Shown: one piece after another, positions 56,056-64,000 of the stretch
How the letters are laid out: each line of letters begins with the position of its first letter
How positions within the stretch are numbered: the stretch's first letter is position 1
Assembly: GCA_013152375.1 (NCBI GenBank)
Contig: JAADGM010000085.1
Span: 4,358-68,357 of the forward strand
Length of the DNA stretch: 64,000 bases
Source of the DNA: FCB group bacterium
GTDB taxonomy: Bacteria; Fidelibacterota; Marinisomatia; SCGC-AAA003-L08; JACNLC01
Reading direction: 5' to 3'
Translations under genes and position numbers: made by a program
Notes under the pieces: model-generated
What the model saw: the letters and a program-made list of their open reading frames with translations, nothing else
Databases searched by the model: none
What the model was told of the DNA's origin: nothing

Positions 56056-56673
56056 ATGGTACAGCAGTTTCTAAACGGGGGTCCCTTCATGTGGCCCATT
56101 CTCATTGCGTTTCTGATCGGACTGATCTTTGTGCTGGAACGCTTTGTGCATCTGATTGCCGGAATGAGTACGGGTGAATCCTTTGCTAACGACGTGGCTG
56201 AAACGGTTATGTCGGAAGGTATCGATGCAGCCGTGACAAAATGTGAAAATGCTAAAGGTCCTGTAGCAAATATCCTGCTGAGTGCCCTCGAGAGAGCCCA
56301 CCGGAGCGTAGAGGAGGCGGAAGATGCCCTGGACAACGCCGGAGCTATCGAGATGGCTTCGATGGAAAAGAACATGAGCTGGATATCACTGATGATCACG
56401 ACGGCACCGATGCTGGGATTCCTGGGAACCGTTGTGGGAATGATCAAGGCTTTTAACGACATTAAAGCCGCTCAGGATATCTCGCCGGCGGTTGTGGCCG
56501 ATGGTATCTCAATCGCCCTGCTGACAACTGCTTTCGGTCTCATCGTGGGTATTTTCCTGCAGATCCTCCAAAACGGAGTCATGTATATTATCGATAACCG
56601 CATTGTCGTTCTTCAGAGAAGTATCTCATCGCTGACCATCGCCTTAAGAGAAAAATTTCTCGCTGATAAATGA
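56056..56673 (+). CDS. exbB: MotA/TolQ/ExbB proton-channel protein
   Basis: GGPFMWPILIAFLIGLIFVLERF N-terminus and LGFLGTVVGMI / ALLTTAFGL blocks. Confidence 0.85.
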   Translation: MVQQFLNGGPFMWPILIAFLIGLIFVLERFVHLIAGMSTGESFANDVAETVMSEGIDAAVTKCENAKGPVANILLSALERAHRSVEEAEDALDNAGAIEMASMEKNMSWISLMITTAPMLGFLGTVVGMIKAFNDIKAAQDISPAVVADGISIALLTTAFGLIVGIFLQILQNGVMYIIDNRIVVLQRSISSLTIALREKFLADK

Positions 56674-56691
56674 TCCGGGAAAACTGAAGCC

Positions 56692-57093
56692 ATGATCATC
56701 AAAGAACGCAGAGGCCCCCAGGAAATACCATCCTCATCCATGGCGGATATTGCATTTCTGCTGTTAATCTTTTTCCTGCTCACAACCACCATGTCCATGG
56801 ATAAGGGCATTAATATTGTTCTGCCGCCTCCCGGACAGGAAGAAATAGAGATCCCGAAAGAGAATATCACGAATATCCTCATCAACCAGGCGGGGAAGGT
56901 GTTGCTGGACAATAAGCCGTTCAAGATCCGGGATATCGCAGGATTTGCCGAAAGAGCCATCGCCCGGAATAAAAACATGATATTTTCCGTCCAGCCTCAT
57001 CCTAAAACCAAATATGATGTCTATGTACAGGTCCTCGACCAGTTGAAAATGGCCAAGGCAAAGAAAATCTCTATTGCTAATCCAACGGAATAG
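56692..57093 (+). CDS. exbD: ExbD/TolR biopolymer transport protein
   Basis: SSMADIAFLLLIFFLLTT TM signature. 133 aa. Confidence 0.8.
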   Translation: MIIKERRGPQEIPSSSMADIAFLLLIFFLLTTTMSMDKGINIVLPPPGQEEIEIPKENITNILINQAGKVLLDNKPFKIRDIAGFAERAIARNKNMIFSVQPHPKTKYDVYVQVLDQLKMAKAKKISIANPTE

Positions 57094-57098
57094 AACTC

Positions 57099-57521
57099 AT
57101 GAAATTAGAACGAAAAACCCGCTCAAAAGTTGAGATTCCCACAGCATCGATGCCCGACATCATTTTCATGCTGCTCATTTTCTTTATGGTCACCACGGTG
57201 ATGCGGGAGTATGATGGTCTGGATGTACTGCTGCCACGGGCCCAGGAAATCCAGAAACTGGAGAGCAAGCGTGAGATCACGCATGTATGGGCCCGGAAAG
57301 ACGGGGTGGTTTCTATTAACGATCACGTTGTGCCGGTGAAAAAGATGCGCCAGCTGTTCTATGCGGAATTGGTGAAAAAGAAAGGGAAAATGACTGTTTC
57401 ACTCGAGGCGGACAAGGATGCGCCCATGAAATTGATCTCTGATATTCATACCGAAATGCGAGAAGTAAATGCCTTAAGATTGAGTTATGCCACCCTTAGA
57501 AAAGGAGGAAATAATCAATGA
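57099..57521 (+). CDS. exbD: ExbD/TolR biopolymer transport protein (second copy)
   Basis: ASMPDIIFMLLIFFMVTT TM signature. 140 aa. Confidence 0.8.
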   Translation: MKLERKTRSKVEIPTASMPDIIFMLLIFFMVTTVMREYDGLDVLLPRAQEIQKLESKREITHVWARKDGVVSINDHVVPVKKMRQLFYAELVKKKGKMTVSLEADKDAPMKLISDIHTEMREVNALRLSYATLRKGGNNQ

Positions 57522-58150
57522 GGATTGACCCGCTGATTGAAAAATATCCTGTGAGAGTACGCAGCATTGCAATCTATGTGATTTTCGGAATTTCACTGAT
57601 CTTTTACGCCTTTCCCCGTCTGCTTGGGGAGGCGAAAAAAATTGACCAGAACAGCAATGATTTTGTCATTGAGAATGTCGATATCCCCGAAACGGAACAG
57701 ATGAAAATTCCTGAGCCTCCCTCAAGGCCCTCAATTCCCGTGGCCTCAGACGATGAATTTCTGGATGAAGACCTCACGATCGAGGATACCGAATTCGATG
57801 ATCTCGACGAATGGGATGCACCACCGCCACCGCCCTCTGATGATGGCCCCAGAATTAAATTCATTCCCTATGATGAACCTCCCATTCCACGCACCGCCAT
57901 CCGGCCCGTTTATCCCGATATTGCCCAGGAGGCAGGGATTGAAGGGAAAGTGATCGTAGATTTCTTCGTTGATGAAAATGGCGATGTCACGGATATCTAT
58001 GTTTATCAGGGTATCCCCAATACGGGACTGAATGAAGCCGCGATGGATGCCATCCGGAAAACTAAATTTAAACCCGCCATGCAGCGGGACCGCAAGGTTG
58101 GTGTCTGGATCCGCCAGGCCATCAATTTCAGTCTGAGCGACACCAATTAA
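57518..58150 (+). CDS. tonB: TonB-family energy transducer
   Basis: N-terminal TM helix, a Pro-rich spacer (PEPPSRPSIP...APPPPPSDD), and a C-terminal TonB domain (YPDIAQEAGIEGKVIVDFFVDENG). Confidence 0.75.
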   Translation: MRIDPLIEKYPVRVRSIAIYVIFGISLIFYAFPRLLGEAKKIDQNSNDFVIENVDIPETEQMKIPEPPSRPSIPVASDDEFLDEDLTIEDTEFDDLDEWDAPPPPPSDDGPRIKFIPYDEPPIPRTAIRPVYPDIAQEAGIEGKVIVDFFVDENGDVTDIYVYQGIPNTGLNEAAMDAIRKTKFKPAMQRDRKVGVWIRQAINFSLSDTN

Positions 58151-58215
58151 GCTGAATCCGGTTTATCCCCGGGTCTGCCCCGAAGGGTTAATACCGTTCT
58201 GATTCGAGACATGAT

Positions 58216-58241
58216 AAAAATCCGGCTGCAGCCGGGTTTTT
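58216..58241. terminator. Bidirectional-looking intrinsic terminator after tonB
   Basis: aaaaatccggc / tgca / gccgggttttt forms an 11-bp stem including one G-U pair. It is flanked by A5 and T5 runs. Confidence 0.55.
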
Positions 58242-58375
58242 ATCATACAGCTTTCCGGATTCACATTCACCGGTTTCGCTGATCATAAAGTTTACCTGCG
58301 CGCCCTTGCGGAAAGGGTCTGTAATTTCTCAAAATTTTATTTTGCTGCCCTGTTCAAACTCCCATACCTTAGTGA

Positions 58376-61288
58376 TTGCATATGAAAGACAATAGAGCAT
58401 TTACAGCCGGACCGCAGGAGTTTATCCATGTCAAGGGAGCCCGGGAACACAACTTAAAAAATATCGACGTCGAGATTCCCCGCAATAAACTGGTCGTGAT
58501 TACAGGTCTGTCCGGCTCGGGTAAATCTTCCCTTGCATTTGACACCATCTATGCCGAGGGACAGCGCCGCTATGTGGAGTCTCTCTCATCCTATGCCCGT
58601 CAATTCCTGGGGCTCATGGAAAAACCGGACGTGGACCATATCGAAGGTTTGTCTCCGGCCATATCCATCGAGCAGAAGTCAACCAGCAGAAATCCCCGCT
58701 CTACGGTAGGCACCATCACAGAGATCTATGATTACCTCAGGCTGCTTTTCGCCCGCATCGGCATTCAGTACTGTTACCAGTGCGGCGGTGCCGTCGAGCG
58801 TCAGACCGTGCAGCAGATCGTCGATCAAATCCTGTCTTTTGAAGCGGGAACAAAGTTCCTGGTACTGGCTCCGGTTGTGAGAGGGCGGAAGGGCGAATTC
58901 AAAGAGGTGATCAGCTCCATTGGCAAAGAAGGATTCATTCGTATCCGGGTTGACGGAGCTCTTAAAAATGTAAATGACCGGCTGAACCTTAAGAAAAACG
59001 TAAAACATACCATCGAAGTTGTCATCGATCGTCTGGTTGCCGGACCGTCTGTCAAAGAACGTCTTACCGGTTCCATCGAGTTGGCCTTGAAGGTAGGAGC
59101 AGGTCTGGTCATTGTGGATGAGATCGGTCAGGGTGAACATCTTTACAGCGAGCATTATTCCTGCCCGACCTGTGATATCTCTTTCGAAGAGTTAAATCCA
59201 CGGATGTTTTCTTTCAACTCGCCTTTTGGAGCTTGCCCCAGTTGTGACGGATTGGGTTCTCAGACGACGATTGATCCGGATCTGGTGGTCCCCGACAAAT
59301 CCAAATCTATTTTACAGGGCTGCATTGTACCCATCGGTGAGCAGCCCCGGGGGAGCTGGTATGGAGCCATCCTGAAAAGTTTGGCCCGACAGTATAATTT
59401 TTCATTTTCCACTCCCTGGCGTGATCTGCCGGAACGGGTTCGGAAAGTTCTCATCTACGGAACCCGCTCAAATGAGTCCATTACCATGAAATACAATTCG
59501 GACCGCTTTACGGGAGAGTACAAGGGCCGCTTTGAAGGGGTTATTCCCAACCTGAAAAGACGCTATACACAGACCCGCTCCTCACAAATGCGGGAGTGGA
59601 TAGAAAAGTTCATGGCCAAACAGCCCTGCCCCGACTGCAGGGGCTATCGTCTTAAAAAAGCCACTCTGGCAGTTCAGGTGGGGCGCAAAAATATCAGTGA
59701 GCTCACAGAATATACTGTGGGTGCGCTGTATGAGTTTTTCGGGGGAATTTTGCTCACCAGACGCCAGCAGCTTATCGCGGATCAGATCATCAAAGAAATT
59801 CAGGCAAGACTTGGGTTCCTGGTGAATGTGGGGCTGGACTACCTGACTCTCAGCCGTTCAGCGGGAACCCTTTCCGGTGGTGAGGCCCAGCGCATCCGTC
59901 TGGCCACACAAATCGGTTCACAGCTCATGGGTGTTCTGTATATTCTGGATGAGCCCTCAATCGGCCTGCATCAGAGAGACAACAAAAGGCTCATTGCCAC
60001 ACTTAATCATCTAAGGGATCTGGGCAATACGGTGATTGTCGTGGAGCACGATGAGGAAACGATCCGTTCTGCAGACTGGGTACTGGATCTTGGCCCCGGT
60101 GCCGGTATTCACGGTGGAGACGTGGTGGCAGCCGGTCCTCCCGGGGCAATTGAATCGAATCCCGATTCGATAACGGGCCTGTATCTCAGCGGTGTCAGAT
60201 CAATCGACACTCCGGCGAGACGACGGAGGGGTAATGGGCGAAAACTCATCCTTAGGGGTGCACAGGGCCACAATTTGAAAGAGGTGACGCTGACGCTCCC
60301 GCTGGGCCGTCTGGTGTGCATCACAGGGGTCTCCGGATCGGGCAAATCATCCCTCATCAATATGACCCTGTATCCCATTCTTTCCCGTGAATTTTATGAC
60401 AGCAAGCCCAGACCTCTGCCCTTTAAATCGATCGACGGACTCTTAAATCTCGATAAAGTTGTCAGCATCGATCAGTCACCGATTGGACGAACGCCCCGTT
60501 CCAATCCCGTTACCTACACGGGTGTATTTACGCATATTCGCACACTCTTCAGTCAACTGCCGGAGTCAAAGGTCCGGGGCTACAAACCCGGCCGTTTTTC
60601 TTTTAACGTCAAGGGCGGACGCTGTGAAACCTGCCAGGGTGCCGGCCTGATCAAAATTGAAATGCATTTCCTGGCGGATATGTATGTGCAGTGTGAGGCG
60701 TGCAAGGGCAGGCGCTATAACCGGGAGACCCTGGAAATTACCTACCGGGGAAAAACCATTTCAGATATTCTGGAAATGACCATTGAGGAAGCCCTGTTGT
60801 TTTTCGGTCATCACAATACGATCCGCCGTATTTTACAAACACTTGCCGATGTGGGGCTGGGTTATGTGAAAATGGGCCAGCAGGCCAATACGCTCTCTGG
60901 GGGAGAATCCCAAAGGGTCAAACTCTCCTCCGAATTGTCTAAAATCGGTACCGGACGCACGCTCTACTTATTGGATGAGCCCACGACGGGACTGCATTTT
61001 GAGGATGTCAAAATGCTGCTGAGCGTCCTACATAAATTAGTGGACAAGGGAAATACGGTTGTGATCATCGAACATAATCTTGATGTCATTAAAACGGCGG
61101 ACTGGATCATTGATCTGGGGCCGGAAGGGGGCTTCGGCGGGGGCAGCATCATTGCCGAAGGAACGCCTGAAAAGATCAGTAAAGTTGAACATTCCTATAC
61201 AGGCCAGTTTCTGGCAAAAATACTGGGAGGTAAGCATGAAAAGATGGATCATCCTGTTCATTCCGCTGACAATGCTTTGGTGCGGTAA
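58376..61288 (+). CDS. uvrA: Excinuclease ABC subunit A
   Basis: 970 aa with two ABC ATPase modules ([22 protein letters not shown]), zinc-finger Cys pairs, and LSGGE signatures. The likely true start is the ATG at 58382; the track uses a TTG at 58376. Confidence 0.95.
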   Translation: MHMKDNRAFTAGPQEFIHVKGAREHNLKNIDVEIPRNKLVVITGLSGSGKSSLAFDTIYAEGQRRYVESLSSYARQFLGLMEKPDVDHIEGLSPAISIEQKSTSRNPRSTVGTITEIYDYLRLLFARIGIQYCYQCGGAVERQTVQQIVDQILSFEAGTKFLVLAPVVRGRKGEFKEVISSIGKEGFIRIRVDGALKNVNDRLNLKKNVKHTIEVVIDRLVAGPSVKERLTGSIELALKVGAGLVIVDEIGQGEHLYSEHYSCPTCDISFEELNPRMFSFNSPFGACPSCDGLGSQTTIDPDLVVPDKSKSILQGCIVPIGEQPRGSWYGAILKSLARQYNFSFSTPWRDLPERVRKVLIYGTRSNESITMKYNSDRFTGEYKGRFEGVIPNLKRRYTQTRSSQMREWIEKFMAKQPCPDCRGYRLKKATLAVQVGRKNISELTEYTVGALYEFFGGILLTRRQQLIADQIIKEIQARLGFLVNVGLDYLTLSRSAGTLSGGEAQRIRLATQIGSQLMGVLYILDEPSIGLHQRDNKRLIATLNHLRDLGNTVIVVEHDEETIRSADWVLDLGPGAGIHGGDVVAAGPPGAIESNPDSITGLYLSGVRSIDTPARRRRGNGRKLILRGAQGHNLKEVTLTLPLGRLVCITGVSGSGKSSLINMTLYPILSREFYDSKPRPLPFKSIDGLLNLDKVVSIDQSPIGRTPRSNPVTYTGVFTHIRTLFSQLPESKVRGYKPGRFSFNVKGGRCETCQGAGLIKIEMHFLADMYVQCEACKGRRYNRETLEITYRGKTISDILEMTIEEALLFFGHHNTIRRILQTLADVGLGYVKMGQQANTLSGGESQRVKLSSELSKIGTGRTLYLLDEPTTGLHFEDVKMLLSVLHKLVDKGNTVVIIEHNLDVIKTADWIIDLGPEGGFGGGSIIAEGTPEKISKVEHSYTGQFLAKILGGKHEKMDHPVHSADNALVR

Positions 61289-64000
61289 TCTGCCGCCTGA
61301 TTATTTTCAGCAGGATGTCGCTTACGACATACAGGTAACGCTGGACGATGAAAATCATACCCTGTCGGCAAACGAACGGTTGGAATACACCAACAATTCG
61401 CCGGATACACTGAATTTCATCTGGTTTCATCTCTGGCCCAACGCCTATAAAGATAACACAACGGCCCTGGCCCGGCAGATGCTTAAAAATGGCGGGACCC
61501 GGTTTTATTTTTCATCGGACAAGCAGCGCGGTTATATCGACAGCCTGAATTTTAAAGTTAACGGCGTTGAAGCTCTTTGGAATTTTCATCCCCAGTGGAT
61601 TGATGTGGCCAAAGTCATGCTCCCCCAGCCGTTGCTGCCCGGACAGACCATCGTCATTGAAACGCCCTTTTTTGTAAAACTTCCGGAAATTTTTTCCCGT
61701 ATGGGCCATACGGAGCAACATTATGAAATTACCCAGTGGTATCCCAAACCGGCAGTTTATGATTTGGAGGGCTGGCATCCCATGCCCTACCTCAACCAGG
61801 GAGAATTTTATTCTGAATTCGGAACTTTTGATGTCACCATAACCCTGCCCAGGGATTATGTCGTGATGGCCACCGGAGACCTTGTCGACGGTGCCCGGGA
61901 ATACGCCTGGCTGGATTCCCTCGCCGCCGAAGGAGCAAAGGTAGCTGCACTGTCAAAAAAAGAGCTCAAGACCTGGCGTAAAAAGCAGATGAAGGCGCAG
62001 AAAAAAAGAGCTCGAAAAGCGAAAAAACAAAAGAAAGAAGCCGGGGCACAGGTACAGAAAACGCTGCATTACCGTCAGGAAAAAGTTCACGATTTTGCCT
62101 GGTTTGCCGATCGGGACTATGTTGTCCAAAAGGGCAGTCTCACCACTCCCGAACTCAACCGGGAGGTTACATTATGGAGTGCTTATCTCCCCAAGAATGC
62201 CGAACTCTGGCGCGACTCCATAGAGTATCTGCATGACTCGGGCTATTGGTACAGTGTGTTTTATGGAGATTACCCCTACAACCACATCACTGCCGTGGAT
62301 GGTGACCTTTCAGCCGGCGGGGGGATGGAATACCCCAACATTACAGTCATTTCTACGACTTCAAACAAAGAGATGCTCGAAATGGTCATCATGCACGAAG
62401 TGGGGCATAACTGGGTTTATGGCATTCTCGGCAGCAACGAGCGGGACCACGCCTGGATGGACGAAGGGCTGAACGAATACAGTAATTTCCTTTACTGGGA
62501 TAAGAAATATGGTTGGAAATCTCCCCTGAAGGTTCTGCCGGATAAATTTCCCAGACTGGTTCTGCGGAATGCTGATTTCGCCTGGCTGCTGGGATATACC
62601 GGATATCAGTCCCGGGCCTTCACGAGGGATGACCAGCCCATTGAACAGACCTCCGAGGCCTTTAATATCCGCAACTACGGTGCAGACGTCTATGCCAAAA
62701 CCGGTGTTTTCACTTATTTTCTGCATCATTTTCTGGGCGAGGCAACGATGTTCGGGGTACTGCATGATTATTATCAGACCTGGAAATTTCATCATCCCCG
62801 ACCGGCTGATTTCAAGGCCATCTTCGATGAGCAAGTGGATATTGACCTGTCCTGGTATTTTGACGGTGTGCTGAACAGTACTGACTTTGTGGATTATGCC
62901 ATAACGGATGTTTCCCGGGATTCCATAACGATTGTCAACAAGGGCAACCTGAAGGCCCCCCTGCAGCTGGCTTTTTGTGATCTGGAAAAAAATCTGCAAA
63001 TAAGCCGGGGATGGTACGAAGGCTTCACCGGCTCCAAGACGATCCCGCTGGAGAACCCCGGTCTTTGTGTGCGCATCGATCCCTATGAGATCCTGCCGGA
63101 CATTGACCGCTCAAACAACGTTTCTCACCGCAGTTGTGTGGATGCTACTTTAATTGCAGACAAACCGAATTATTTCAGTTTTTACCTCGGCAATGTGATT
63201 CCCGTCGGCCGGCTCAATGCTTATAACGTGGGCATCGGCATCGGCCTGCAGCGGGGCACCTTCCCCAAAGAATATTTTGACTATTCCATCTCACCCGCCT
63301 TTGATCTGGCAAACAATACGCTTATCGGGAGCGCCCGTATAGAGGGTAATTACTACCGTGTCGCGGGCCTGGACGAACTGCATCCCTTCGCAGGTTATGA
63401 TCGGAACCAGGGTCGTGAAAGCCTGTACCTGGGGAGTAAGTTTATTTTCAGACAGCCCATTGTTTCCGACCCCCTGACCTCTCTGACCATAGAAGGCTGG
63501 CGGCATAATTTCAGGAAGAGGGATATTTTCGACCCACAGGTCTGGAAAACGGATCAATCCGTCACTTCAGTGCGTCTTAAACTGAAATATTTTCGCAAGC
63601 TGACGCCTCTGCTGAAATTAAATAAAGAACTGACATTACGTTACGCTGCCAACAGTGATCTGGAATTTTCCGGCGCTTCGTTTAATTCCCAGCTGACCTG
63701 GCGCATGACGAGGAAGTACAAACTGGGTGGGCACTTGAGCGCGACCCGTGTTTTTCAGAGTGGATTGACTCAATATCAACCGGCTGTCGGCGGCACCCTG
63801 GACCCGGATTTTGAAAGCTATGTTTGGGACCGCTCGGCAGGAGGAGACTTCACTCTGCTGCAGCGCCAGTTTGTGCCCGGCGTGGCGTCCATGAGAATTG
63901 CCCCCGTCTCGGCAGGAACAAATTATACCACCGCCCTGGCGTTTGGGGGTGAGGTGGGGAACTTCCTGATGGCGGGACTTTTCGCTGATTTTCTGTACAC
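61236..64000 (+). CDS. M1-family (gluzincin) metallopeptidase-like protein with a long C-terminal extension, 3'-truncated by the window edge
   Basis: It is absent from the ORF track because no stop is reached. I read the frame by hand: [18 protein letters not shown]... signal/lipobox-like N-terminus, then HEVGHNWFYG...WMDEGLNEY at about 62394..62480 (HExxH+E). The frame was still open at every point I checked up to 64000. Confidence 0.75.
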   Translation, partial: MKRWIILFIPLTMLWCGNLPPDYFQQDVAYDIQVTLDDENHTLSANERLEYTNNSPDTLNFIWFHLWPNAYKDNTTALARQMLKNGGTRFYFSSDKQRGYIDSLNFKVNGVEALWNFHPQWIDVAKVMLPQPLLPGQTIVIETPFFVKLPEIFSRMGHTEQHYEITQWYPKPAVYDLEGWHPMPYLNQGEFYSEFGTFDVTITLPRDYVVMATGDLVDGAREYAWLDSLAAEGAKVAALSKKELKTWRKKQMKAQKKRARKAKKQKKEAGAQVQKTLHYRQEKVHDFAWFADRDYVVQKGSLTTPELNREVTLWSAYLPKNAELWRDSIEYLHDSGYWYSVFYGDYPYNHITAVDGDLSAGGGMEYPNITVISTTSNKEMLEMVIMHEVGHNWVYGILGSNERDHAWMDEGLNEYSNFLYWDKKYGWKSPLKVLPDKFPRLVLRNADFAWLLGYTGYQSRAFTRDDQPIEQTSEAFNIRNYGADVYAKTGVFTYFLHHFLGEATMFGVLHDYYQTWKFHHPRPADFKAIFDEQVDIDLSWYFDGVLNSTDFVDYAITDVSRDSITIVNKGNLKAPLQLAFCDLEKNLQISRGWYEGFTGSKTIPLENPGLCVRIDPYEILPDIDRSNNVSHRSCVDATLIADKPNYFSFYLGNVIPVGRLNAYNVGIGIGLQRGTFPKEYFDYSISPAFDLANNTLIGSARIEGNYYRVAGLDELHPFAGYDRNQGRESLYLGSKFIFRQPIVSDPLTSLTIEGWRHNFRKRDIFDPQVWKTDQSVTSVRLKLKYFRKLTPLLKLNKELTLRYAANSDLEFSGASFNSQLTWRMTRKYKLGGHLSATRVFQSGLTQYQPAVGGTLDPDFESYVWDRSAGGDFTLLQRQFVPGVASMRIAPVSAGTNYTTALAFGGEVGNFLMAGLFADFLY

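Noticed and set aside
1-64000. I looked for CRISPR arrays, tRNA/rRNA genes, IS elements, integrases and toxin-antitoxin pairs.
   Set aside because: I saw no regularly spaced direct repeats, no cloverleaf-like or rRNA-like conserved strings in the intergenic regions, and no transposase, integrase or recombinase motifs in any listed ORF. A tRNAscan/Infernal/ISfinder pass would be needed to make this negative definitive.

Overview
The window looks like a gene-dense bacterial chromosome segment of roughly 50% GC. Its likely source is an FCB-superphylum-like or candidate-phylum organism. Evidence for that: a Por/T9SS-type C-terminal sorting tail at 30200..31693, a very large OstA/LptD-like protein, and a DGGGPS-like UbiA prenyltransferase. 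I recognised no rRNA, tRNA, CRISPR array, transposase or integrase.

Backbone genes I recognise: DUF1385-prfA-prmC, dnaE, dtd, a B12-binding domain plus carboxyltransferase, an M24 peptidase, a lipase, plsC, plsY, dapF, rarD, rnhA, rarA, an S41 protease, exbB-exbD-exbD-tonB, uvrA, and a 3'-truncated M1 peptidase.

Two accessory segments stand out.

(1) 19.84-24.22 kb is an AT-richer, minus-strand sulfur-assimilation cassette: a sulfite-reductase-like gene, a PAPS-reductase-like gene, a cysteine-synthase-like gene and a TusA-like gene.
- It is bracketed by a 40-nt direct repeat, which is the tusA 3' end plus a remnant copy.
- It is preceded by two tandem units that are absent from the ORF track. 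Each unit is a 21-25 codon mini-ORF with a cysteine-codon cluster, followed by a near-identical intrinsic-terminator hairpin.
- I interpret these as candidate cysteine-sensing, ribosome-mediated attenuators. This is my top candidate for something new.

(2) About 27.3-48.7 kb is an all-plus-strand metal-handling supercluster.
- It opens with a TPR/HTH regulator, a dockerin-like protein, and a T9SS-targeted triple-repeat protein with a His/Gly/Asp-rich tract.
- It continues with a Cys-rich small protein and TolC-adaptor-CusA/CzcA. The adaptor carries two CPxHP...CxxCGM metal-binding modules, and the RND pump has extra hydrophobic segments.
- Next come a PII-like protein, a SHOCT protein, a His-tailed Ig-like lipoprotein, DUF302, and a twin-HMA protein with a Met-rich linker.
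- Then a His-tailed DUF2231 protein, a CopA-type P1B ATPase with a YHS plus HMBD N-terminus, a CPCGGC protein, and a membrane-anchored AlbA_2 protein.
- It ends with a half-size UPF0016 transporter, an HMBD lipoprotein and a MerR regulator.

All functional calls rest on motif recognition by eye in the supplied translations. No database search or RNA folding was run.
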